Part shown: piece by piece, positions 13,042 to 24,900 of the stretch
How the letters are laid out: each line of letters starts with the position of its first letter
Numbering within the stretch: the stretch's first letter is position 1
Source: Adineta vaga
Taxonomy: Eukaryota; Animalia; Rotifera
Reading direction: 5' to 3'
Assembly (NCBI GenBank): GCA_021613535.1
Contig: CP075492.1
Location: forward strand, 1,178,001-1,242,000
DNA: 64,000 nt
Notes under the pieces: model-generated
Told to the model about the DNA's origin: nothing
Databases searched by the model: none
The model's input: the letters and a program-made list of their open reading frames with translations, nothing else
Position numbers and translations under genes: made by a program

Positions 13042-16000
13042 ATGTGCGCCGCGAGGGAAGAAAGGAAGTGCTTTGATCGTCTTCGTCGTTTTGGAAAGTT
13101 TTTTATCGAGTGTAATTTATTCAAAACGGACTCTACGGATAGAGAGACGGTTTACATTCAACAATGGTCTACACGGATCTATATTGCTTTACTTCTTTTA
13201 TCCATGTCCATTTTGTTAACCTATAACGGATTACATAATACCATGGAATTGGTTGAACTGCAAAATCCTTCTGTAGAATTCTACTTACAATTGCAGAAGA
13301 CCCACAATGATGTGAGTTGTCCGTGCACTCAAATCTCTGTTGCATATGGGTCATTCGTGGAATTAAGTCCCATTTATCATGCGATCTGTTTTAGTGATTT
13401 TATCTCACAAACATGGATCGATCTACTCGTCGATAATAGGACGGCCATGCGTTACCCAATAGACTTTCGTTCTTCGGCCAGTCTGCAATTTCAGGTATTA
13501 CGAGAATTATGTAGTCGATCGCGCACGGTTTTAAATAATAATATTCAATCATTTTATAATACAAAGCTCATCTCCGGCTATTTGACGAGGGAAAATTTAT
13601 TACTTATTGATACAGAGGCGGTCATAGATACGCTTAAAAAACGTATATTTGAAGATTTTCAGCAGCCAATTCTATTTATTCGCCCATTAATGATAGACAA
13701 TCTAATAGCGTCTGGAATTCAAACAGCAGGTCTTTTAGGTTATTACCCGCAGAACAATATACCTGACGCCATCTTTGTGATCACTAACTATCACAGAGGC
13801 GCATCTTGTGAATACAGCTGCACTTGTGATAACGCTGACACTTGTGCTGTGCCGGCAGTCTTCTACAACGACACCTTATTCAGTATTCAACAACAATTTT
13901 GCTATATTGATGGAGTAACAAGAACGCCATTTGCAATGAAAAACTGGTTTGTAGGTTGTTGGGCTTTAGGTTCACTTCTACTCTCATCAGTAGAAAGCAG
14001 TTTTTTGAACAATCAAACTGCCCTTGAATTGATTGCTCTGCATTCCAACTGGTCGTCCAGTTTGATTTTGCCAACTGTTTTAAACCTGAACGTATCGCAA
14101 CAGGCAAATAAAAGCAATAATACTTTCAATGATCTTCTTCAGAATTTATTCGTTGAGGAATTACTGCCGGTGATCAATTATTCCCTTTATTTTACAGAAT
14201 GTCGACCACGATCATGCTTTTATTTGATGACGCGAAGTTCAAATATTCTCTATATATTTACTTCGCTTCTTGCTCTCTACGGAGGCCTATCGATCGTTCT
14301 TCAATTTCTCGTTCCATATATAGTCACTTGATCGAACGCTTGAAACATCAGAACGTGCCAACAGTCGATACTGGTGAGTTTACAGCAATCCTTTTTGAGT
14401 ATCATTAACGTTCGTTTCTAATATAGCATTATACTCTAATTTTTCTGATACTTATAAAATGAATCATTTCTTACTTGATTCTGTCTCTCTTTTCTAAAGC
14501 CGCCTTTAAGATCGATAACTAGTGCAAATCTAAGATCGTTTTCATCTAATAAGACGGTCAAACATAATTTATCGTATCACACCTGTCACTTACCGAGATA
14601 AATTTAGCTATGAGGAATTTCATAATTTGCAAATAATATCTGTTGCTAGTGTTACGAAAGTTCATTTTCTCTTTTTTAACTCTAAATTATTTATTCTGAG
14701 TAGAAGTGATGGAAAAAAGAACTTCGTGGCGACAACAAATACGTGTCATGACTGGTTCCTTATGGGGTTTACTTACCAAATTGAATATGTTCAAATCCTC
14801 ACATCGACAAGAACCATCCGACATCAAAGAACAACGTTGGACGACGCGAATCTTCATTATATGTCTCGTTATTGGATTTATCATTCTTACATTTTATACG
14901 ATGCTGAGTGTTCAAACAAAACTGATTGAAGTAAAGAAGCCATCACTTGAAACCGTACTCTACTTGAAATCACAGCGCGAATTTAATTCTTCTCTTCAAT
15001 GCCCATGCACACAGATTAATACTCCTTATGGAAAATTTCTACAACTTCAACCGTCTTATCATCAAGTGTGTTCAAGTCTATTCATAACGACGCCATTCTT
15101 GTATTATTTGCGTGCTTTACTCCAAATTCCTCCTCTATATATGCGCAATAAACCTGATTTTCGTTTCACTTTTCAATTACTTTTCTTGTTGCAAAATTTA
15201 TGCAAGTTAACGAACAACACGATTTACAGTTCACTCGATACATTCCGTCAAACTCAGTTAGTAACAGCTGATCTCCTCTCCGTCGATATCTTTAATTATC
15301 AGATGAATACTACCATTCAACAATTTAAGTCAAGATTGGGGGATACTTTTGTAAGTTTTTTTCAACTTATCCGTAATATCAGCTACGTCAATCAAATTCT
15401 TGTTAATTCAAATAATCCTCATTACAATTTCATTGGTTCATTTCCCAATATTATTACTTTTAGTATTAAAAGTTATAGCGGTGTAAGTGGTAATTCGTCG
15501 TATACATGTTCGTGTGCAATTGATATCGATTGTAAAACAAATGTAGCCTTATTCGGTGCAGATTCTAATCGGACCCCTAAATATCTAGTACCTGGTTTCT
15601 ACAAGGCCTGCTCCCCTCTTGAGTCACTACTCCATTCAACCCTCGAATGTTTCTATGATAATAGCAAATGTTTCACCGACATAATCAATTTTTACAATGC
15701 AGCATGGTTTCAGTATTCTACACGACTCAATTCATCTTTATCTAGTCGATTTATAACAAATAGTTCGATAGGCATTCTACTGTTCGAACTCTTTATTGAA
15801 AATTGGAGTCAACTATTGAATTACTCATCCTATTTTAGTCAATGTCAACCAGCATCATGTTCCTACAAGATTCTAGGGCGTAATAGTTTAGTCGAAACTA
15901 TTACGATAATCATTGGTCTTGTCGGCGGACTTTCGGTATCTCTGCGTATCACTGTTCCCTTCGTCATGATGACTTGCTTTGCGATTATTCATCGACGAAC

Positions 16001-17354
16001 ACGCCAAGGTGCGGCTACTCCGCCGAGTAAGTAAATCTGTTTCTATTCATCGAAATAGTCAAAGAAAATAAGAATCTTTTTTAGTTTCTATCTTGGCGCG
16101 ACTTGTAGCAGTCCTCAGGCAAGTTCTACATTGGTTGAAAAAACTAAATGTTTTCGATAATTCGACTCTAAACACACCTAATCATGTCAAACAACAACAA
16201 CAACAAGCAACGTACGTCTATTTAATTCTTCTTTCTGTTGCATTAATTATTCTTGTGATTTACAATTCGCTAACGTATTATACAACAACATTCACAGTGA
16301 TCAATCCATCTCTGGAACAATATAAGCAGTTGGAACAACAATATAGTATGGATAGTATCGATTGTCCATGTTCTCAGTTAGCGATCTCATATTCATCGTT
16401 TATTGAGTTCGAATGCAATTTTCATCTGGTGTGCGAGAGTCATTTTATTTCTCAAGAATATTTACAAGAACTCTTTTTACTGTACAATTCACTAGACGTA
16501 GAAAATGCAGCAGCAAACGCATTTACACTTCACGGCACAATCTTTTCACATTTTCAAGTGCTCCGGTCTCTGTGCAATCTCGCTAAGGATGCTATCAATG
16601 TTGCTCGACAAAACTACCTCATTTCATTCTTTATCTCTGCCTCGTTGATCAATTATAACCTGTTCGATAAACAAATGAATGCGTCTTTGATCAGTTTAAA
16701 TCAACATTATCCGATCATTATTTAAATAATCTTCAATTAATTCGCGGTATGATGCAAAGCAATGCATTTGTGTCACTCTACTCGACAAATTGGTATCCTG
16801 TCTTGAACAATTGGAGTAATTGGAATTATTTTTCAACAATTTATATGAAACCACAACATTATGGTAACTGCAATTGTTTGACATCGTCTGCTTGCAATCA
16901 ACCATCAGTACCTTTCATTCAAGGATATCTTGTTGGATGCACTCCACTCGAAGCAGTTCTTCATAGTTCGATTGAATGCATGTACGAACAAGCTTGTATC
17001 GATCGTTTAACTATGTACTTGAATCTGTCTTCCTCCACACCGACACCGTTGAATCAGAGTGAAACTCGCTTTTTATCAAATGATACTGTTGATTCAATTG
17101 TTCAGCAAATGTTTATAGAAACATGCTCATCAAATGTATCGTATAATCAATTCTTTCAACAATGTCGTCCTCTTTCATGTTCAGTTACGCTTATCAAACG
17201 AAACAGTTTAACTGTTGTTATCACCGCACTACTGAGTCTTTATGGAGGACTGACAACTTTTCTTAAACTTGTTGTTCCTGTTCTTATCTTTTCATTACAC
17301 AAGTTAGTCAAAAAATGGAAACAAAGAAGAGCAATTCAAATATACACGCCCTAA
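13042..17354 (+). CDS. Multi-pass membrane protein of three tandem 2-TM Cys-rich modules; exons 13042-14373, 14704-16026, 16085-17354; two apparent 1-nt frameshifts (~14325, ~16690)
   Basis: Each exon encodes NxF..STRIY-TM1-CPC..YHxxCxS..FQxLxxLC..CxC..GC..STLEC..QCxPxxCxY-TM2(GGL..VP). Both introns are GT-AG phase 1 and join in frame once the frameshifts are corrected; AATAAA-like signals follow 17354. Confidence 0.8.
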
Positions 17355-17857
17355 TTTAAAATGTGCTTACGTGTAAATAACAAAACAAAACGCTTATGCT
17401 TATGCTTATTGTCAATTATTTATCGATAAAATAATAAATAGACGCACTAAAACTTGTGAATGCTATCTAGTAATACATAGACATTGAGACGATTAAAAAC
17501 AAATGATCTTTTTTGTTCTATAACAAGTTTCAAATAATTAAACATATTGACAACATACAAACATGTACTAGTACAAAAAGTACTCTTGGAGTTTTTGAAT
17601 CCCATGCTTTCTTTATTTTCTGCAATCGTTCTACTAATGGTCATTCCAGTGACCAAGAGGAGGGGGGGGGGGGGTAAAGGGTTAATCGATAATCTAATCT
17701 TAGTCGACTAGACATGTCAAGATCTATTGTTTATTGAAAGTTTAAATATAAGCAAAGATTTCTATCACAGGGTGAGTCCAGCATGCCAAGATCCAGATTT
17801 CATCCCAGCTAAAAGAATCATCAGTTGGCTTTAACTCTGCTACAGTCGTTCGAATAA

Positions 17858-19030
17858 TTCCCTCGACTGTAAGGAGGGTCATATGAAAAAAAATAGTTTG
17901 TTTGTTTGTTTAAGTCAGGGTCACAGGTCAAAGGTCACACCCATAAAAAATCTTTTTACAAAGTTTGACCGAAGGTTTCCGGGGGTGGGGAATCCGAATC
18001 TATCATTAGTTTTCTAAAACTTTGAAGTGAGTCCTTCAGGTTAGCATTGGGTAAATATCATCCTCTCTCAGTTGGCTATTATTGCTAATATTTCTGGTAG
18101 CGTCATCATTCCCATCGAAAAAAGGATTTGAATGTCTGTTATAGCAATAAATAATTATACTATATAATGAAGAGATCTCAATGTCACATCAAATAGGAGC
18201 AATCCATGTACACTTTCAAAATAGTGTCTAGAATGTCTTTTATAAGTGACATCCTGCTGGGCATAGGTCTAGAAGAAATTAAACTTATTCTGTTTTATTT
18301 TTCTGTGGTTGTATATCTTCTACATTAATCAGAATATGAATTATTAGGGTAATATATGAGGGTGAGGATCATGGTGTGGGTATGAGGGTGACGGTGTAGG
18401 TATAAGAGTGAGGGTTTGATGTTGAGGGTGTGGATATAACGGTGAGGATGTAGGTATGAGGGTCAGGGTGTATATATGGGGTTCAGGGCTAAAGTGACTA
18501 AAAGGATTAAAGGCGCCAAAAGAGATTTAAAGGACTAAAGCTACTAAAGGGGACTGCACGGACTAAAGGCTTAATTAACATGGACAGAAAACTAAAACAG
18601 GATGAGTTTGATTTCTCGTGGACACCTCCTGCTGGAAGTTAAACGAAACTTCACCGTAAAGAAAATGATGGAAATAGAAGATGATGAGGATATTCATATG
18701 AAAATGAGGATGCGTGATGAAGAGAATTCTTTTGATGACAAAATGTTAATAATTGAAAATATCTGGTCAAGTTAGAGCTGTTATGATGTATTTGAAGTCC
18801 CATTAGACTGAATTCAGAACAGACGAATAGTGGAAGTGTTTATATATTGTATATATATATATATATATATGTGTATATTTTTTAAAATTGGACGATATCA
18901 GCATAGGATTTTGTATTGCTCATTCAGATAAAACTGCTGGATGAGTTCTTCCGATACCGACAGATGCGAAGAGTAACTCTGCCTTCCACAGTCGAGGGTT
19001 AAGTGAGTCGAAGCGACGAACGTTACTTGT
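17858..19030 (+). mobile_element. Helentron-associated (DINE-1/HINE-like) non-autonomous element
   Basis: Subterminal IR CCCTCGACTGT (17860-17870) / ACAGTCGAGGG (18988-18998); (GTTT)n near one end; short stem-loop GTCGaagCGAC (19007-19017) and terminal ACTTGT at the other end, the same layout as DINE-1; no TSD. Confidence 0.7.
18355..18490 (+). repeat. Degenerate telomere-like (TGAGGG/TGTGGG) hexamer tract inside the Helentron-like element
   Basis: tgagggtgaggat..ggtgtgggtatgagggtgacggtgtagg..gtgagggt..tgagggtgtgga.. with 6-bp periodicity. Confidence 0.7.
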
Positions 19031-19067
19031 ATATATAGATAAATATTTATTATTATTCTTTGATTAG

Positions 19068-22000
19068 CTTCGACTTGTGTTCGTATAAAAAAAATCTATT
19101 TCAATCAATCAAACAAATAATAAAAGAATTAAATATATTTAAAAGTATTCCTCCATCAACAAATGAAGATAAACTTCGTCGAGAATGTTATATAACCAGA
19201 ATCTATATAATGATATTAATTTCAAGTATAATGATTATTATTATTTCTACAATAACTACCGGACAAACAGCTTATTTTCGTATAAAATCACCATCTTTAA
19301 ATGATTTTATATCTCTTAATCGTCAAACATTTGAAACAAAGGAATTTTATTATCGAAGATTTCAAAAGAACAATATCATCATCATTTCAAATAACATTAA
19401 ATTTAATTAAAACAAACTTTGAAATTAATCAATTCATAACACCAATTAATTCACGATTTTCATATTCAATAAGAGGTGCAGTTGATCTTGCATTAGGTAT
19501 AGTTGAATACTCTCAACAAGACACATTTCATTGTTTATCATTACAAAATAGAAATGTTTCTCAATGTAAATGTCATGCAACATCTCCCGATGTATGTTAT
19601 CGACATAGAAGTATATTTGAAAATGATACTTCTAATCCTATTCCAGGAATGTTTCAAACATGGTTTCCTCTTCAATCACTTTTAATGTCAACATTGGAAT
19701 ATTTATATAATAAAACATGTCTTGATCAAATTCAACAATTGATAATTTCATCAAAGAATTTAACTTTATTAAAATCATTTACATCATCAAATATTGATAC
19801 ATTAGCAAATAATCTTTTTATTCAATCAAGGAATAATCAAAGTTTATTTGAATCTTATTTTAATCAATGTCATCCATTAACATGTCAATATACAGTTTAT
19901 ACTCGATTAAATTTTATTTATATTATTACAAAAATTCTTGGATTAATTGAAGGTATTAATATTATTCTTTGTCTCTTTTTACCATTTCTAGTTATCTTTT
20001 TTCTTAAACTTATCAATATTATTCGACAAATTAAACGTACCGGAATACGACAAGCAACTGTATTTCAAAGACGACGTAAGTAATTTAATAGAAAATGTTT
20101 ATAATAACTGATTTATCTTAGAATTAATCAATCATATTCATTCGATCTTCAAATCTACTAAACAATATTTAATTGAATTAAATCTTTTTCCAACTATTCC
20201 ATCATCACAAGACCCAATTATTCTTGAAAGAAATCGACATACAACTCGAATATATTTAATTTTATTAACTACAGGATTGATTATTTTAACTCTATATGGA
20301 TTATTAAGACAAGATACGAACATAATCATTATTAAATCTCCATCAATTTCAAAATATCATGAATTATATTCTCGATATCCTCTTACATTGAAATGTCCTT
20401 GTAGTAATACAGCAATTAAATACAAAACAATTCTTACTCAAATTCAACCTCGATATCATGAAATATGTTCAAGTATTTTTGTTTCATCTCAATGGCAAGA
20501 AAGCATAGACACAGGAGTGTATCAATTTCAATCGGATTTCTCCAATCATATTGATTATCGTAAGTTAATTCGTATTCAATTTCAAGTATTAGCACAATTA
20601 TGTACTTTATCTCAGACAACAATAAATGCATCATTAACAAGATTTGGACAAAATAATTTTATTACATCAGTTCTCATTTCATCTGCTGAATTTCATTTTC
20701 GAATAGAAACTATACTTGAACAATATAAAATATCAATATCTCAACAATTTATGGAAACAATAAAATTAATTCCACTAACAAATTATGGAAATCAACTTGC
20801 AACAGGCTTTTTATCGAATTGGATATTTACTGCCATACATTTTGTTCATGAGTATAATGTGTCTCTTTATAACGGGCAAACAATACTTGTATTTACTAGA
20901 CCACGAACATATGATGAAAATGCTTGTTCATGTAGAATACAAACAATTTGTTCAACACTATCCTATATTGTGGTTTCTATTTATGGTTCAAGATATAACA
21001 TAGCGGTACCAGGATTTCATATCGGTTGTCTTTTTTTTTGATTCTCTTCTTCAATCGACTTTAACTTGTCTCTATAGTCCATCATGTTTAAGTACTATAC
21101 AAGCAAATATTTATCAAATCAAACCCAATAAAGCAAACATTCTGACGTATTCTTCATTATCACCACCAAATACAACTATTGAAACATTACTTAATCAACT
21201 TTTTGTTTCTCAATGGCTTCAAAACACATCATTTGATCATTATTTCAATGAATGTGCACCTCAATCTTGTCAATATTCTTATTTAATACAATATAATATA
21301 ATTTATGTAATTACAATGTTAATCGCTGTTTTTGGTGGTTTAACTAAAGGATTACATTTCATTGTGTATTGTTTAGAATTAATATTCAGGAAGTTGATTA
21401 CAAATCGAAAGAAAACAAATTCAATAAAACCATGTCCAGATATTGAACAGTCAGTTGATTCTATCATATCAATTTCTCAGGTGATTATCTTTTTTGATTG
21501 AGTATTTTCTCTAAGTTTTGCAATTTCTTTTTAGGCTGATACGATTCCGATTCGTAATTCAATGAAATTTGTTCGACAAAGAAAATATATAAATCGAACA
21601 ATTCTAATCTGTTTGATTCTGTTCGCTATTGGTGCGTTAATAACAATTTTTGTCATGTTACTTAAAAATCAAAAGAAAGAAGAAGAAGAAATTATTCCAA
21701 CAAGTACACAAACTACTTTTATAACAAGCAACAGTACTGATACTATCACGGAAATATCAAGTATGTTTAAATAAAAAGACAAATCCGTTGATGATAATTG
21801 ATCCTTTTTTTTTAGATACTTGTTATATGACGTTAAAACATGAATTTAAGACTTATCCAATTGGAGGTATAAATCCCGTATCAATGATTACGGGTGATTT
21901 CAATCGAGATTCAATGATAGATTTAATTGTGGCTAATTCAGATTCAGATTCATTGAGCATAATGTTAGGAAATGGGGACGGAACATTTCAAATACCTTAT

Positions 22001-22858
22001 ATTTTTTCGATAGGAAATGGTTCTCGTCCACAACAAATCAAAACAGCTGATTTTAATAATGATACGTTACCCGATTTGAGTAAGTGCTTTTTCTTTTAAG
22101 AGAAAAAAAACAAAACAAAAAAGAAACTTTCTTCAAACTTATTTTCAGTTGTTACATTAGAAGGAACAAATGAAATAGTGATTTTCTTTGGTATTGCAAC
22201 AAGCAATCTATTTAATTTATCATCTTATATTTTTCCTTTCTATAATTACAGCAAAATACCGAATGCAATTGAAGTTGCTGATATGAATTTTGATGGATTT
22301 ATGGATTTAGTTATTAGTTCTCCGGAAAAAAATTCATCTTATCAGGATAAATTGAATATTTTCGTAAATAATGGTGATGGATATCAGTTTGATCTTGCAT
22401 TTGCATATATTATTAGGGATTACAATAATATTTTAGGGATAGCCATTAAAGGTATCAATGAGGGGAAAATTGGATTTCATGTCTGCAATGGTAATAGTTT
22501 TGTACAAGAGTTTATTTCTTACAAGGATAACGATCTGATAATCTATACACACAATACTCAACATTATCTTTATGGACATCCAACGATGATTATAAAAGGA
22601 AATTTTAACAATGATTCACTTGATGATATAGCTGTTTTAACATGTAATGGTACATTAACTGTATATCTCGCATTGAGTAATCAAGTATTTGATACAAATT
22701 ATTTATCATTCAAGATGAATACAAGTAATAATTATAGTCAATGTTTTCATTCATTACGAATAGTCGATTTGAATCAAGATGCTAAAGATGATATCGTTTT
22801 TATTGATACAGAAATGAATCAAATACGAGTTCTATTAGGTTCTCCCTGTGCTGAATAA
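19068..22858 (+). pseudogene. Two 2-TM Cys-rich modules + TM anchor + Ser/Thr stalk + FG-GAP propeller; 5'-truncated and damaged. Exons ~19068-20076, 20123-21480, 21535-21760, 21816-22079, 22149-22858
   Basis: Module motifs as in 13042-17354. The first module lacks the CPC..LC block (deletion and frameshift at ~19340); frameshift in a T-run at ~21035; then TILICLILFAIGALITIFVML TM, T/S-rich stalk, and GDFNRDSMIDL, ADFNNDTLPDL, ADMNFDGFMDL, VDLNQDAKDDI repeats. Splice sites join in frame. Confidence 0.75.
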
Positions 22859-24900
22859 TTATTGTTGTACTTTTCATTAAATGTTGTATCTCACATGTCC
22901 TATATAAATAAACTTCAATATATTTATGAATAATAATTTAGTCAAAGATACTATAGTCTTTGACATAAAATGAGACCAAGGCTGTGGGTGAGTGAAGGAA
23001 GAGTCATATATATGCATAGTTTTAAATTATAATAAAAAGTAACCAAAATAAAACTATTCCTATTCTTACAGAAAAACATTAAATGTGAAATATAGTCGCA
23101 TATAGATAAAAGAAAATCTATTCCTGTTCTATGGAAAAACTCTAACTCAAGTTTCGTGATTTAATTTGGAAAAGTGATATCAAATAGCTGAATGTCCATT
23201 TATGTTCGAATTCGAATTAGGCAGCTCATGGATAAAACATTATAAACTGCATAACATCTTTGATACCTTTAGCATCTTTTATATATTTTTGCACTTATTT
23301 AATATGTGAATAGTGGATCTTATTTTTCAATTTATCTTTTGCACTTTTAGACTGTCGATATCGATGTTAGTTTTTTAGAGATAGAATGAAAGGAAGAAAA
23401 ATTGTTTCCTTTCTTTATTGTCCGTAAGAAAAACGATGAATGATTCAAAGAAATCATTTCAATCTTTCATTACAATGAATTCAACGTCAGATATTATTTG
23501 CTTTCATTTTTGCATCTTTAAAAAAAATGTTATCGATTATCATCATTAGCTTCGGCTATTCAATCGATTTCGTAAGAATTCAAGTATAAACAAAACAAAA
23601 GAAAATATTTTTCATGATATTCGAGATGTTCAACATAATGACTCTAAAGAACATTGCGGTCCTGGCGAAGAATTATGTTCATGAATATATCGATCAATGA
23701 AAGGTTATCTATTTCTCCGTCCTGCTACCTACAATATAGATTATGCGACGAAATAGGTGTATTCATCATCGCCTCATTACTCATTTAGATCTCGTTTATT
23801 AAATTAGTTATACTTCTGGTAATAGACATCCAATGAAAAACAACCTGGGCGTGGATGTCGTATATTTATTCATCAATCCGATGCACACCCACACCCATCC
23901 GCAAACTTTTTGCTCAATGTAGTATAAGAACATAAAGAGGCGCTTTTGATTGACTCAAACTAATTGTCAATCTCGGCACAGATGCCAGTAGATCAATGTT
24001 TGATTTCAGGGTATCAACGAACAACACAGAGGAATTACTTAAGATAATTTAAAGATTTTTATTTTTCAACGGGAATTTATAATGCTTGTAGTAATGTTGA
24101 AACCATTCATATTGTGATTGACAAATCTGTGCACTACGAAGAAAGTTCCAAATGTACAACTTTTAATGGTAATCTTAGCTGACGATCACGATCTTCTCCG
24201 AACATTAGTTTTCCTTTACAATCTAGAAGTAATCATCACCTATGTTTTCTTTTCTTAACTTCGGTATAAAATAATTGTTGTATGACGAGTTTTGATGAAA
24301 CAAATGCTTCCGTCAATAACATTACTCTTTTCTTTATTTCTTGTACTCAAAAATCGCATTCTTTACATATAAAAACAAACGAAACAAAAAAGAACGACAA
24401 GGACAAACAGATGAGAGAACGATATAAATGAAAGAATGAGAAGAAACAACAAAAATCATTAGATGTTGATATATGTTTTTTTGATTACTCTAAATAGATG
24501 TCTTCAAGTGACACATATTATCAATATTGATGTAATACATAGAAGGAAAAAAATAACTCACTCATTTTTCATATTCACATGATTTACACGTTAAAAAAGA
24601 ACATTTAAGCAATTGGTATACAGGGTGTCGTGTATATGTCTGTGAGGGTGATAATCTGCATGTGATTATTTCTCTCTCACCCTCACCCAACAATACGTTC
24701 TGCAGAAGCAGAAAGAATGTTATTCGATAGCATTCTTTCATATACTTGACGAAGAAACGAAAGAAAAACAAACACAATATGATCGTTAAAAGACTGGTTT
24801 GCATATATGAAACATAAAAATCTATTTATTTATCTTAATTTAAGAAGAAAACAAGACTAATTTTGACGTCTCATGATTTCAAATCAATTAAATTATTAAT

